Positions 20,038 to 30,110 of a DNA stretch of 64,000 bases are shown one piece after another. How positions within the stretch are numbered: the stretch's first letter is position 1; every line of letters begins with the position of its first letter. Origin of the DNA: Bdellovibrionota bacterium (GTDB lineage Bacteria > Bdellovibrionota > UBA1018 > CAIPTA01 > JAALKR01); the NCBI GenBank assembly GCA_965207455.1, contig CBDBMJ010000003.1, positions 320,001 through 384,000 of the forward strand, in the 5' to 3' direction. Under the pieces are notes generated by a model. The model did no database searches. It was not told the origin of the DNA and was given only the letters and a program-made list of their open reading frames with translations. The position numbers and the translations under genes were made by a program.

Positions 20038-21000
20038 TTAAAAAAAGATAGAGGCAGCTCGCCGTAATCGGTCCCATATCGCCTCCCATCTATCCCCATT
20101 CATAAATTCTTCCTTATGGGTATACAAAAAATCAACCTCTGTGCTGGATAGTTCGTGGAGTTGACTATAGAGGAACCTAGCCGCTATTTGCGGATCCTTG
20201 TTTAGGATCAGTTCTGCTCCTTGGGCAGAGGCAGATAGATTTAATTTTTCTAGGATCTCTGGCAGTGGCGATTGCGAATTTGTAAGAACCACCAAGGGCT
20301 TTATGGGTTGGTAGTGTTGGGCAAGGTGACCCGGGCTAGCCACGCTATTTTTTGCTTCCTCCACTCGCACTGAGCCCTGATAATCTTCTAAGTGTTTTCT
20401 TACATCGTTTGTGGTGATCACGCCTGGTCGTAGTACGGATATTTTTTCGTTCTTTTCCTCATCCGTGCCTTTTGGGGTGTGGATTTGAATAACCGTGGAC
20501 TCTATTCCAACGGAAGAAGCCCCTCCGTCCAATATATAGAGTTCTGGAAATACTTTTTTTACATGGTCGAAACATGTGGGGCTCGTCTTTCCAAACTTAT
20601 TTGCACTGGGAGCTGCCAACGGCTTACCCACATATTTTAGTAATGCCCTAGCCATGGGGTGGGCAGGCACACGAACAGCAACCGTATCTAGTCCCGCTGT
20701 AATTAGGGAATTTAGAGTCTTTTTTTTGGGCAACACCATGGTCAATGGTCCTGGCCAAAACTTTTTCGCAATAAATTCTGCCAAGGGCAGCCACCTATCC
20801 ACCACCTCGCCCACTTGCTCTTTGCTATATAGATGAACAATTAGAGGATCAAAAAGGGGGCGCTCCTTTATAGCAAAAATTTCCCGCAGCCCTTTTTCAC
20901 TGGAGGCTAGGGCCGCAAGACCGTAGACCGTTTCCGTCGGCAGCCCAATAATACCGTCGCTCTCTAAAATTCTCTTGGCTGTTTCTAAACTTTGCTCCAT
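20038..21000 (-). CDS. sua5: Threonylcarbamoyl-AMP synthase (Sua5/TsaC2)
   Basis: PTETVYGL, KERP..DPLIVH, APSAN, GIESTV, SPG...HY. Confidence 0.93.
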   Translation of the reverse strand: MEQSLETAKRILESDGIIGLPTETVYGLAALASSEKGLREIFAIKERPLFDPLIVHLYSKEQVGEVVDRWLPLAEFIAKKFWPGPLTMVLPKKKTLNSLITAGLDTVAVRVPAHPMARALLKYVGKPLAAPSANKFGKTSPTCFDHVKKVFPELYILDGGASSVGIESTVIQIHTPKGTDEEKNEKISVLRPGVITTNDVRKHLEDYQGSVRVEEAKNSVASPGHLAQHYQPIKPLVVLTNSQSPLPEILEKLNLSASAQGAELILNKDPQIAARFLYSQLHELSSTEVDFLYTHKEEFMNGDRWEAIWDRLRRAASIFF

Positions 21001-21098
21001 AGGTAGGGAGCCTACCCTAAAAATGCTCGTAAGCAAAAGCCCTTTGCGGTGATATGAGTCTTTCCAGTGCTTACGTTTTGGGATAAAGAAACTATTAG

Positions 21099-21551
21099 AT
21101 GTATTCTTTTTTACCCCATCGAATTTCTGTGGCAGAGACGGACCTCATGGGAATTCTCCACCACAGTAACCACATCAATTTATTGGAGCGAGGAAGAATT
21201 GAATTTATGCGTCAAATTGATATAAGCTACGCAGCCATTTCTAAAAATGGTTCCCATTTTCCCGTTCTCGATTTGGGGTGTCAGTATCGCTCTCCCATAC
21301 ATTTCGACGAGATTGCTTTGATTGAAACCCACCTATCTTTTATCAGCCCGTCCAGAATGGCTTTCTCCTACCGCATACTTGGAGGCACAGGCCTATCCCA
21401 GATAGATTTATCCCCATCGCCCCACGCAACAGGAAAACTTTTAGCGACTGCCTCCACCGAGCATTGCTGCGTTACGGAAGAAGGGCGACCCAAGCGAATC
21501 CCCGGTAACCTATTAAAAATATTTGCAAAATATTGTGTCGAGGACCGATGA
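21099..21551 (+). CDS. Acyl-CoA thioesterase (4HBT/YbgC family)
   Basis: ETDLMGILHHSN..LLERGR. Confidence 0.85.
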   Translation: MYSFLPHRISVAETDLMGILHHSNHINLLERGRIEFMRQIDISYAAISKNGSHFPVLDLGCQYRSPIHFDEIALIETHLSFISPSRMAFSYRILGGTGLSQIDLSPSPHATGKLLATASTEHCCVTEEGRPKRIPGNLLKIFAKYCVEDR

Positions 21552-22297
21552 TTACCATAAAATCTAGTCGAGAAATAGAGCTAATGCGAAGTGCGGGACG
21601 GTTAGCCGCAGAGTGCCTTTCCGAGATGGGAAAACTTATTGCTCCTGGCATAACCCCACTGGAAATTGACAAGGCTTGCTATGACTGGACCCTAGCACGA
21701 AACGCTGTGCCTGCTCCCCTAAACTATCGGGGCTTTCCCAACAGCTTATGCGTTTCTATAAACGATGTGGTTTGCCACGGTATTCCCGACAAGCGTCCAT
21801 TCAAAGACGGTGACATTGTTAATTTGGATGTTACACCCAAGCTTCAGGGTTACCACGGAGACACGAACCGCACCTTTTGTGTGGGAAATGTTTCCCAAGA
21901 AGCTAGGGATTTAATTTCTCACACAGAGAGGGCCATGTGGGAGGGAATTCGTGTGGTTCGACCGGGAGCTACTGTGGGAGATATTGGTCATGCCATTGCC
22001 TCCTTCACAAAAAAGAAAAAATATTCCATTGTTGTGGAGTACTGTGGTCATGGAATTGGACAAGAGTTCCACGAAGATCCGATCATTGTTCATGTGGGAA
22101 CTCCGGGGAGGGGTCCTGTATTAAAAGAAGGAATGACCTTTACCGTTGAACCCATGATCAATATAGGTTCTCGCCATATAAAATTAGCCGACGACGGTTG
22201 GACCGTCCACACCATAGACGGATCCCTGTCTGCTCAATTTGAACATACCCTGCTAGTAACCTCCGATGGTTATGAAGTGCTCACACTACTGGACTAA
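21548..22297 (+). CDS. map: Methionine aminopeptidase type I
   Basis: VCHGIP, HGD, GHGIG..FHEDP, EPMIN, AQFEHT; ATG overlaps the upstream TGA. Confidence 0.96.
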   Translation: MITIKSSREIELMRSAGRLAAECLSEMGKLIAPGITPLEIDKACYDWTLARNAVPAPLNYRGFPNSLCVSINDVVCHGIPDKRPFKDGDIVNLDVTPKLQGYHGDTNRTFCVGNVSQEARDLISHTERAMWEGIRVVRPGATVGDIGHAIASFTKKKKYSIVVEYCGHGIGQEFHEDPIIVHVGTPGRGPVLKEGMTFTVEPMINIGSRHIKLADDGWTVHTIDGSLSAQFEHTLLVTSDGYEVLTLLD

Positions 22298-22308
22298 ACG
22301 AGGAAATT

Positions 22309-23598
22309 TTGACTATCTCTTTCCGACGAACAGATTGGCCACAAAATAGAAAAGACACCATTTCATTTGTTAGCTCCTTATTAAGGGATCATAAACAACA
22401 GAATCCTCTTTTTTTTCTACTCTCTCAAGACCAAGAGCTTTCCCTTGCTTGGGGATCGGTTCACACCGTTTTTGCTTCTGGAGAAAATCGAACGGATCAG
22501 TTGCGGGAAAAAATACATCATTGCGAACAAGGTATGGATTCTTCCATACCTCCTTGGTTTGGTGGTCTCTCTTTTTTTTCTGCCCCTTCGAAAAACAAAA
22601 AAGATATATGGGAAGATTTTCCCAATAGCGTCTTTTTTCTTCCAAAAAACTTTATTCATTTCTCCCCGAATAATGAAAATGGCTATGCCCTATCGATGGA
22701 AAAAGACATGCCTAACTGGAATAAAGCACAGGAAAAGACTTCTCCCATGGGTTTTGGCAACCCTGTGGATCAAGATCAGGACAAAGAACAATGGGGGCAA
22801 TTATTTCAATCCGCTGCCACGTTGCTGGAGGAAGGGAGGATAAAAAAAATTGTCCTTTCCCAGAAAAAGACATTTCAAATACTAGAGAAGGCTTCTCTAG
22901 AAAATTATTGGAAACATTTTTATCCCCTGCTCGATTCCTCTCCCCACACAAATCTATTTTGCTTTCTCTGGAAAGATTCCCTGTTTATGGGTTTAAGTCC
23001 AGAGCATTTATTTCTTCTGGAGGAAAAAACCTTATCGGTTCCGGCTATTGCTGGCACGGCTTCACGAGGAGCCTCTCCTACCGAAGACAAGGAACTAGAA
23101 AAAAAATTACTCGCTTCCTCTAAAGAGCGCCTAGAGCACGATATTGTGGTTCAATGGATTCAAAAAAAATTTGCTGGGTTCGGAAAAAAATTTCCCCACT
23201 GTGTGCCTAAGATTTTAAAATTGCAGCACATCCAACACCTATACACAAACCACCAAGCTATTTTGGAAGAAAACCCAGACCCCTGGGATTTATTAAAAGC
23301 ATTTCACCCCACGCCTGCCATGTGCGGGCATCCTCAAAAAAAAGCTCTCGCCTTTTTGGCCGACAAAGAAAACTATAACAGGGGGCTATACGCCTCTCCC
23401 ATTGGTTACGTTTCTCCTCGACAGCACAAGGCACGCTTCGTAATTGGTATTCGTTCTGCTCTCGCACAAAAAGAGCAAGTCCATGTTTTTGGAGGAGCAG
23501 GAATTGTGCCCAATTCCCAAGTGCAAGAAGAATGGAGAGAAATAAATAAAAAAATGCGTCCCGCTGTGGACATTTTCACTCGAGGTAACCATGGATAA
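22309..23598 (+). CDS. menF: Isochorismate synthase
   Basis: KIVL, SPE, AIAGT, KERLEH, HPTPA, RGLYA, IRSA, GAGIV; first gene of the men cluster. Confidence 0.88.
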   Translation: MTISFRRTDWPQNRKDTISFVSSLLRDHKQQNPLFFLLSQDQELSLAWGSVHTVFASGENRTDQLREKIHHCEQGMDSSIPPWFGGLSFFSAPSKNKKDIWEDFPNSVFFLPKNFIHFSPNNENGYALSMEKDMPNWNKAQEKTSPMGFGNPVDQDQDKEQWGQLFQSAATLLEEGRIKKIVLSQKKTFQILEKASLENYWKHFYPLLDSSPHTNLFCFLWKDSLFMGLSPEHLFLLEEKTLSVPAIAGTASRGASPTEDKELEKKLLASSKERLEHDIVVQWIQKKFAGFGKKFPHCVPKILKLQHIQHLYTNHQAILEENPDPWDLLKAFHPTPAMCGHPQKKALAFLADKENYNRGLYASPIGYVSPRQHKARFVIGIRSALAQKEQVHVFGGAGIVPNSQVQEEWREINKKMRPAVDIFTRGNHG

Positions 23599-25288
23599 CT
23601 GGGGAATTTTTCAAGCACAGTGGGCTTTTTCTGCTCTCGACGGGTTAAGCAAAGCTGGAGTGCGCACCGTATGTGCCGCACCTGGATTTCGAAATTCCCC
23701 TTTGATTCTGGCAGCAAAAACAAATCCCAATATTCGTTGTGAATTAGCTGTGGACGAGAGAGGGCTTGCTTTTTTTGCTCTTGGGATAGCAAAAAGCACA
23801 TCCACGCCTGTGGTGGTTTTGTGTACCTCGGGCACTGCCGCTGCAAATTTACATCCCGCTATTTTAGAAGCTTACTACGATGATGTGCCACTGATCGTTA
23901 TCACTGCCGATAGGCCCCATGAACTTATTGGTAGTGGTGCGAACCAAACCATGGATCAGATGCATTTATTTGGAAAGCACGTTCGATTTTTCCAAAACAT
24001 TCCCGTTCCTGAAACTTTTAGCGATTTCCAGTACCGGTTTTTAGCTCAAATGATGAATAAGGCTTATTGTTTTTCCATGGGTCCTAGTCCGGGCCCTGTG
24101 CATATCAATATGTCATTCAGAGAGCCGCTCCTACCCGAAAGTGAGCAAGAATTCTCTTTGCCTTCTCACACTTATGACGATTTTCCCTTCTCCCCTACTT
24201 TAGCTATTTGTCCTAAGCGAGCTAAAGAAGCGGCTACGCTTATGTCCTCCAGTAAAAATCCTGTTTTTCTTTTGGGTCCGGGTCACTATACGGAAGATTT
24301 TTTTCAAGTTATTGTCCGTATGGGAGAAGCTCTTTCCTGCCCTGTAATTGCAGAAGCGGCTAGTGGACTCCCCTTCAGCTACGCTGCTCAAAAAACAAAA
24401 AATATTATCATCGCTAACGACAGTACCATAAAACCGCTGACTCAAATCTTTTCGCCGGACTTACTAGTTCGTTTTGGTCGTCCCATGACCAGCAAATTAT
24501 TCCAAACCTGGGATAATAAAAATATAAAAACATTACTTTTCGATAGGGGAACAGAGGTGCGAAATCCTTCCTATTCTCCTAGCATGCATTTCAATGGTCC
24601 CTTGGAGGGATGGGGCAAGGAAGTGCTCCGTTACCTACCGACAGTAAAAAATCCTTTGGGATGGAAGGAAGAGCTTTCCCAAGGAATTCAACAAGAAACT
24701 CAAAAGATAAATGCTTCCATTTCCAAGCAAACAAAACTAACGGAATGGTTTATCAGTAATTACCTTTCTTGTAATAATGAGCACACCACAGCGAATTTAT
24801 TTCTCGGCAACAGTATGCCCATACGGGATTTTAACTCCACTTGCACGCGCTACGGAATAAAAAAAATGCGAATTTTTCATAACCGGGGGCTTAGTGGTAT
24901 TGATGGAATACTTTCCACTGCAATGGGCGTTGCACTAAATAAAGGCCAACAAGAAAAAACAACACTCCTGTACGGAGACCTTTCCGCCCTTCATGATCTC
25001 AATGCCTTTGCTTTGTTAAAAAAAATGGAGTCGAGACTAAACATGACTGTTATTTTAATTAATAACAACGGAGGAGAAATTTTCCGTCAAGTGGCCACAA
25101 ATTATCCAGAGGATTGGTTTGTCCTGCCGATGGAAATAGACTTTCAAAAAATTATCCAGGGTTTTGGATTAGCTTATTATAAAACAGACTGTCCAAAAGA
25201 TTTTGCACGCGCAGTGAACAGTGACGGTGTGCAGGTAATAGAAGCCATCTGCTCCAGTCCCCACAACCAGTCCGTTCGGAATATATAG
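23591..25288 (+). CDS. menD: SEPHCHC synthase
   Basis: PGFRNSPL, DERG, CTSGTA, TADRP, NSMPIRD, NRGLSGIDG, GDLSALHD, NNNGG. Confidence 0.95.
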   Translation: MDNWGIFQAQWAFSALDGLSKAGVRTVCAAPGFRNSPLILAAKTNPNIRCELAVDERGLAFFALGIAKSTSTPVVVLCTSGTAAANLHPAILEAYYDDVPLIVITADRPHELIGSGANQTMDQMHLFGKHVRFFQNIPVPETFSDFQYRFLAQMMNKAYCFSMGPSPGPVHINMSFREPLLPESEQEFSLPSHTYDDFPFSPTLAICPKRAKEAATLMSSSKNPVFLLGPGHYTEDFFQVIVRMGEALSCPVIAEAASGLPFSYAAQKTKNIIIANDSTIKPLTQIFSPDLLVRFGRPMTSKLFQTWDNKNIKTLLFDRGTEVRNPSYSPSMHFNGPLEGWGKEVLRYLPTVKNPLGWKEELSQGIQQETQKINASISKQTKLTEWFISNYLSCNNEHTTANLFLGNSMPIRDFNSTCTRYGIKKMRIFHNRGLSGIDGILSTAMGVALNKGQQEKTTLLYGDLSALHDLNAFALLKKMESRLNMTVILINNNGGEIFRQVATNYPEDWFVLPMEIDFQKIIQGFGLAYYKTDCPKDFARAVNSDGVQVIEAICSSPHNQSVRNI

Positions 25289-25293
25289 AGGAT

Positions 25294-26079
25294 ATGAAGA
25301 AACAAATTATTTTTTTTCACGGCTTTGGCGGCAAGGATTCGGATTGGAATTCTGTTATTTCCTTCCTTCCTTATACCGCTCACAGCCTGCTCCTACCCGG
25401 ACACGCAAGTGCCCCCAGCCTAGAGGATTTAAATATACATACTCCCATGGACATGGGAAAATATTTAGCAGAAAAAATAACAAGGCTGGTATCCGGCAAG
25501 GTTTATTTATGCGGTTATTCCATGGGAGGGAGGCTTGCCACACTTACAGCGGAGCATTTGCCTATGGTTCTGGGTTTAGGTTTAATCTCCAGTGGTGCGG
25601 GGGAAAATACACAGCGACAGCTCTCCGACCAAAGATGGGCCAATTTGTTGCGGAAAAACAAAGCTCGCTTCTGGAAAGAATGGTTAGGGCAAACACTTTT
25701 TTCCTCCCTTCGTCGCGACGCACAGTTATCAGAGCGCTGGCTCGAGGAAAGAATGTGTCACGATCCTCAGTCCCTTGCCCAAGTTTTAGAAAAGCTTAGC
25801 CCCTCTGCCCATCCGTCGCTCTTAAAGTACTGGCACAAACACCAAGATTTGCTGTACATTGTGGGAGAGCAGGATAAAAAGTATTGCAGATTACTGGACA
25901 GGGTGGAAGCAACATTGCCCCTAGCTACCACAAGGATTGTCCCTGGAGCATCCCATAATATCTTAATGGAACGCCCTCAGGATCTAGCGCAAATACTACA
26001 AAACTGGATAGAGGAAACTGAACATGGAAAGAAAAATACGTCAAGCGGATATCCCTTGGAAAAGCGTCAAAGACTTTGA
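25294..26079 (+). CDS. menH: SHCHC synthase (alpha/beta hydrolase)
   Basis: HGFGG, GYSMGGR, GEQDKKY, ASHN; operon context. Confidence 0.85.
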   Translation: MKKQIIFFHGFGGKDSDWNSVISFLPYTAHSLLLPGHASAPSLEDLNIHTPMDMGKYLAEKITRLVSGKVYLCGYSMGGRLATLTAEHLPMVLGLGLISSGAGENTQRQLSDQRWANLLRKNKARFWKEWLGQTLFSSLRRDAQLSERWLEERMCHDPQSLAQVLEKLSPSAHPSLLKYWHKHQDLLYIVGEQDKKYCRLLDRVEATLPLATTRIVPGASHNILMERPQDLAQILQNWIEETEHGKKNTSSGYPLEKRQRL

Positions 26080-26863
26080 AGATATTCGTTACGAAAAAGC
26101 GAACGGCATTGCAAAGATTACTATTAACAGGCCTTCTGTGCACAATGCTTTTCGCCCCGCTACTGTAAAGGAATTATCTCTTGCCTTTTCAGATGTGAGA
26201 GAAGATCAAGAAGTGGGTGTGGTTATTCTCACAGGGGATGGCTCCGATGCTTTTTGCAGTGGCGGAGATCAAAGGATCAGAAGCGACAAGGGATATGTGG
26301 GAGACGACGGAGTTCCTCGACTAAACATATTGGACCTGCAAAAACAAATTCGAACACTACCCAAACCTGTAATTGCTATGGTTGCAGGCTACGCCATTGG
26401 TGGTGGTCACGTGCTACATATTGTTTGTGATTTAACAATAGCCGCAGACAATGCTCGCTTTGGTCAAACGGGTCCAAAGGTGGGAAGTTTCGACGGTGGT
26501 TTCGGTGCCGGTTATTTAACTCGACTAGTGGGTCAGAAAAAAGCACGGGAGATTTGGTTTTTGTGTAAGCAGTATAGTGCCCAAGAGGCCCTTTCCATGG
26601 GACTTATCAACACTGTTGTTCCTTTGGAAGAGCTGGAAGAAAAAACTGTGGACTGGTGTAGAGAAATATTACAACACAGCCCTATGGCTTTGCGCTGCTT
26701 AAAATCTGCTTTTAATGCAGAACTGGACGGGCAGTCCGGAATTCAGGAGTTAGCAGGAAACACAACACTTTTATACTATATGAGTGAAGAGGCTCGGGAA
26801 GGAAAAAATGCTTTTCTGGAAAAAAGAACCCCAGATTTCTCCAAATTCCCCCGCCTTCCATAA
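26024..26863 (+). CDS. menB: 1,4-dihydroxy-2-naphthoyl-CoA synthase
   Basis: [25 protein letters not shown]. Confidence 0.97.
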   Translation: MERKIRQADIPWKSVKDFEDIRYEKANGIAKITINRPSVHNAFRPATVKELSLAFSDVREDQEVGVVILTGDGSDAFCSGGDQRIRSDKGYVGDDGVPRLNILDLQKQIRTLPKPVIAMVAGYAIGGGHVLHIVCDLTIAADNARFGQTGPKVGSFDGGFGAGYLTRLVGQKKAREIWFLCKQYSAQEALSMGLINTVVPLEELEEKTVDWCREILQHSPMALRCLKSAFNAELDGQSGIQELAGNTTLLYYMSEEAREGKNAFLEKRTPDFSKFPRLP

Positions 26864-27758
26864 ATGGCTTGTTGCCATTCGAGGGAAAACACTGAGTGCC
26901 GCTCTTTCACCTATCATTCTCTCTGGAGCTTTTGCTTTTTATGTAAACTCCTTTCACTTGCTATCTTTCCTAGCCTGTATTTTTTGCGCCTTCACCATTC
27001 AGATAGCCACTAATTTTATTAACGACGCCGGAGATTTCGCCCGGGGAGCGGACACAGAAGATCGCCTTGGTCCACCAAGAGCCGCGCAAAGAAAACTTCT
27101 AACAGTGCGACAATTATATACTGCCGCTGCTGTGCTGTTAAGCCTCGCTTTCCTCGTGGGTACCTATCTTATTTTTCGTGGTGGAATGCCCATATTTATT
27201 ATAGGGATTTTATCCATTGCCTGTGCTTTTCTCTATACAGGCGGTCCCTATCCCTTGGCCTATTATGGTCTCGGAGATTTTTTTGCTTTTGTTTTTTTTG
27301 GCGTATTTGCGGTTTGTGGCTCCTTCTATGTACAAACCCATTTTTTAGATAAAAACATCATCCTGCTTTCCTTTGCCATAGGGTTTCTAGTAAGTTCTTT
27401 AATCGCTGTTAATAATACAAGAGACATTCCAACGGACAGGAAGGCAAATAAGAAAACCCTATCCTGTTATATGGGAGAAAAAATATCCAAAATATACTGC
27501 TCCTCCTTAATGCTGTTTCCATATGCTATTTATTTATTTCTGATTTCCCGAACGTTAGAGCAAGAGAAAAATATCTCCTGGCTTTTGCTCCCCATCCTCG
27601 TATTTCCCTTTTGTATAAAAAATATTTTTTTACTCCATGGAGCAAGAACGGGGGCAAGTTACAATCTTTTACTGGGCAGAACTTCCATTCATCTGCTTCT
27701 TTTTTCTTCCACCCTGGCTCTCGCACTTCTTCTCTTTGATGGATCCTTAGTGGTATGA
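26808..27758 (+). CDS. menA: DHNA polyprenyltransferase
   Basis: [27 protein letters not shown]...KKTL; start uncertain. Confidence 0.92.
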   Translation: MLFWKKEPQISPNSPAFHKWLVAIRGKTLSAALSPIILSGAFAFYVNSFHLLSFLACIFCAFTIQIATNFINDAGDFARGADTEDRLGPPRAAQRKLLTVRQLYTAAAVLLSLAFLVGTYLIFRGGMPIFIIGILSIACAFLYTGGPYPLAYYGLGDFFAFVFFGVFAVCGSFYVQTHFLDKNIILLSFAIGFLVSSLIAVNNTRDIPTDRKANKKTLSCYMGEKISKIYCSSLMLFPYAIYLFLISRTLEQEKNISWLLLPILVFPFCIKNIFLLHGARTGASYNLLLGRTSIHLLLFSSTLALALLLFDGSLVV

Positions 27759-28744
27759 AAATTTCTCTGGCTCCATTTTGTCGAAAGCTCACACAACCAT
27801 TTCGCTTTGGCAATACCACCCTCACAGAACGAAGTGGTTATTTGCTAAGGGCGACATCTAAAAATGGTGAAACATATTTTAGTGAAGCGTCTCCACTACC
27901 CGGATTTTCTAAAGAGTCACTGGAAGAGGTAAGGAAATATTTACTAGATTTTCGTTGGGAGAGTTGGCAAGAAAAATCTCAAGACCTTTCTCTTTCAATT
28001 CCCTCCAGCGTTCGAATGGCTTTAGAGTTTTTAGGTCCGCATCCCTCCTCAACTGTAGGAGCAAAAAGCCTTGCTGTTAGTGGAGTAATTCCTCTCTTGC
28101 CTGAGCCTCAAAAAGAAATAAGGAACTTGTGGCAGGAGGGGTTTCGCACATTTAAATTTAAAATCACACCGAAATCTACAGAGCTTGTTTGTTGTCTTAT
28201 TTCTTTTCTTGGATCCATTGCTAATGAGAAATATTCCATCCGACTGGATGCCAACCAAACATTAAGCTACTCCCAGTTCTTGCTTCTAGAAAAACGCTTG
28301 CCCCTAAACCTTGTGGAGTATATGGAAGATCCAATGCCTCTTGAGGATACTACTTATCTTCGCGCCAAAAAAGAACAGGCCATACCTATTGCCATCGATC
28401 AACCTCTCCATTCCATAGAAAGCCTGAGACATTTTTTAGATAAAGATCTATGCAATGTTTTTTTATTAAAACCCATGTGCTTTGGTGGTTCCTTGCTTGT
28501 CAACACAGCAGCTCAGCTTATCCGACAGCACGGAAAGAAATATACCATTGGGAGTGCCCTAGAAACAGAGGTTGGCTTGCGCTCCACCCAAAGAGTTTGC
28601 TTGTCCACCCCCTGTGCGGACTATGCTTATGGTGTGGGCACAGGTGGTTTTTTTAATTCTTCCCCCCGTCAACCGATAATAAAAACAGGCGTCTCTCAGG
28701 AAGAAAAAATTTTTGTCAATAAACTACAATGGTGCGACTTATGA
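27755..28744 (+). CDS. menC: o-succinylbenzoate synthase
   Basis: EASPLPGFS, KFK, RLDAN, EDP, AID, KP. Confidence 0.88.
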   Translation: MKISLAPFCRKLTQPFRFGNTTLTERSGYLLRATSKNGETYFSEASPLPGFSKESLEEVRKYLLDFRWESWQEKSQDLSLSIPSSVRMALEFLGPHPSSTVGAKSLAVSGVIPLLPEPQKEIRNLWQEGFRTFKFKITPKSTELVCCLISFLGSIANEKYSIRLDANQTLSYSQFLLLEKRLPLNLVEYMEDPMPLEDTTYLRAKKEQAIPIAIDQPLHSIESLRHFLDKDLCNVFLLKPMCFGGSLLVNTAAQLIRQHGKKYTIGSALETEVGLRSTQRVCLSTPCADYAYGVGTGGFFNSSPRQPIIKTGVSQEEKIFVNKLQWCDL

Positions 28745-30110
28745 GAATACCAAATATTTTTTTAGCGTCACGAAAAATAAACCAGGAGAAAGTAGAGAAA
28801 AACATTAATCGAATCTCTGCCACTCTCCATATAAAAGGAATACAAACCAAAGATTTGCTTCTCATCCGATCCGATCAATCCCTAGAAACCCTCTACTGGA
28901 TCATTGCTTGCTTTCTGCGGAAGCAACATTTTTCCATCCTTCCCCACACACTTCCCCAAGAAGAGTTTTCCCAAAAGATAGAAGTTCTTTGCCCCAAAGC
29001 CATTGTGCACGCTGGATCAATAACCTCTAAAGCACACTCAGCCCAGGGTGGAAAAAACAACGCTATGATATTGCTTCCCACATCCGGTACCTCTGGAAGA
29101 TCTAAAATAGTTGCTTTAAGCTGGGAGAATTTCAAGCACAGCGCTCTAGCCTATGGAAAGCGCTACACCATTACCCACAAAGACCTATGGCTATGCGCCC
29201 TTCCTTTTCATTTTATTGGCGGTCTCTCCATCGTTGCAAGATCCTTGCTATTGGGAATGGACATTGCTTTTACTCCCAAGTTTACAATAGACGCCGTGGA
29301 AACATTTTTAAAATCCCATAAAATTACAGGGCTATCCCTGGTTCCCACCATGCTGGACAAGCTATTAAAGGCAGATAGTTTCTCCCTGCCCTCAAGTATT
29401 CCCCGCTGGATACTGGTGGGGGGGGATGGAATTACAAAGCACGTCCTAAACCAAGTCCAACAATATAAAAAGAAGCTCCCCATTTACGGTGTGTACGGAA
29501 TGACAGAAACTTGCTCCCAAATTGCCTGCACTCAAAACCTAACAACCCAACAAAACCCACGCCTCCAACCATTCCCCACCATATCCCTGCGAACAGACAA
29601 AGATGGAGAACTCTGGGTGAAAGGAAATACCCTAGCCTTAGGTGAATACTACAAAGGGACAGTAAAGAAACAAACCGACACAAACGGCTGGCTTCCCACC
29701 GAAGATTTTGCCACGATCTTTAACGATGGATCTTTCTCCATCCAGGGAAGAAAATCCAATATCATTATTAGCGGAGGCATCTCTCTCACCCAGAGGAAAT
29801 AGAATCTAAGATACTGGAATCTAATGTGTTTGCAGATTGCTTTGTATTTGGTCTTCCCGATGACTATTGGGGAGAGTGTGTTGCTGCTATCTATACAAGT
29901 AAAAGCGGAAAACCTTTGGAAGAAGAGGAACTCACAAACCTCTCCCTTGATCTAAAAAATAGATTGAGTAACTCACAAATACCTAAAAAGTTTTTCTTTG
30001 CACAAAAACTACCACAAACACCTTCAGGAAAAATAAGCCGACAACAATTGCTAAATTACAGCGATGTAGTTACACCGCCAAGAAAAAATGGCAGCATAAC
30101 TACACTATAG
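28741..30110 (+). pseudogene. menE: OSB-CoA ligase, split by a 1-nt frameshift near 29785
   Basis: TSGTSG, YGMTET, GRK..IISGG in one frame; HPEEIE, WGE, LPQTPSGKI in the next frame. Confidence 0.85.
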
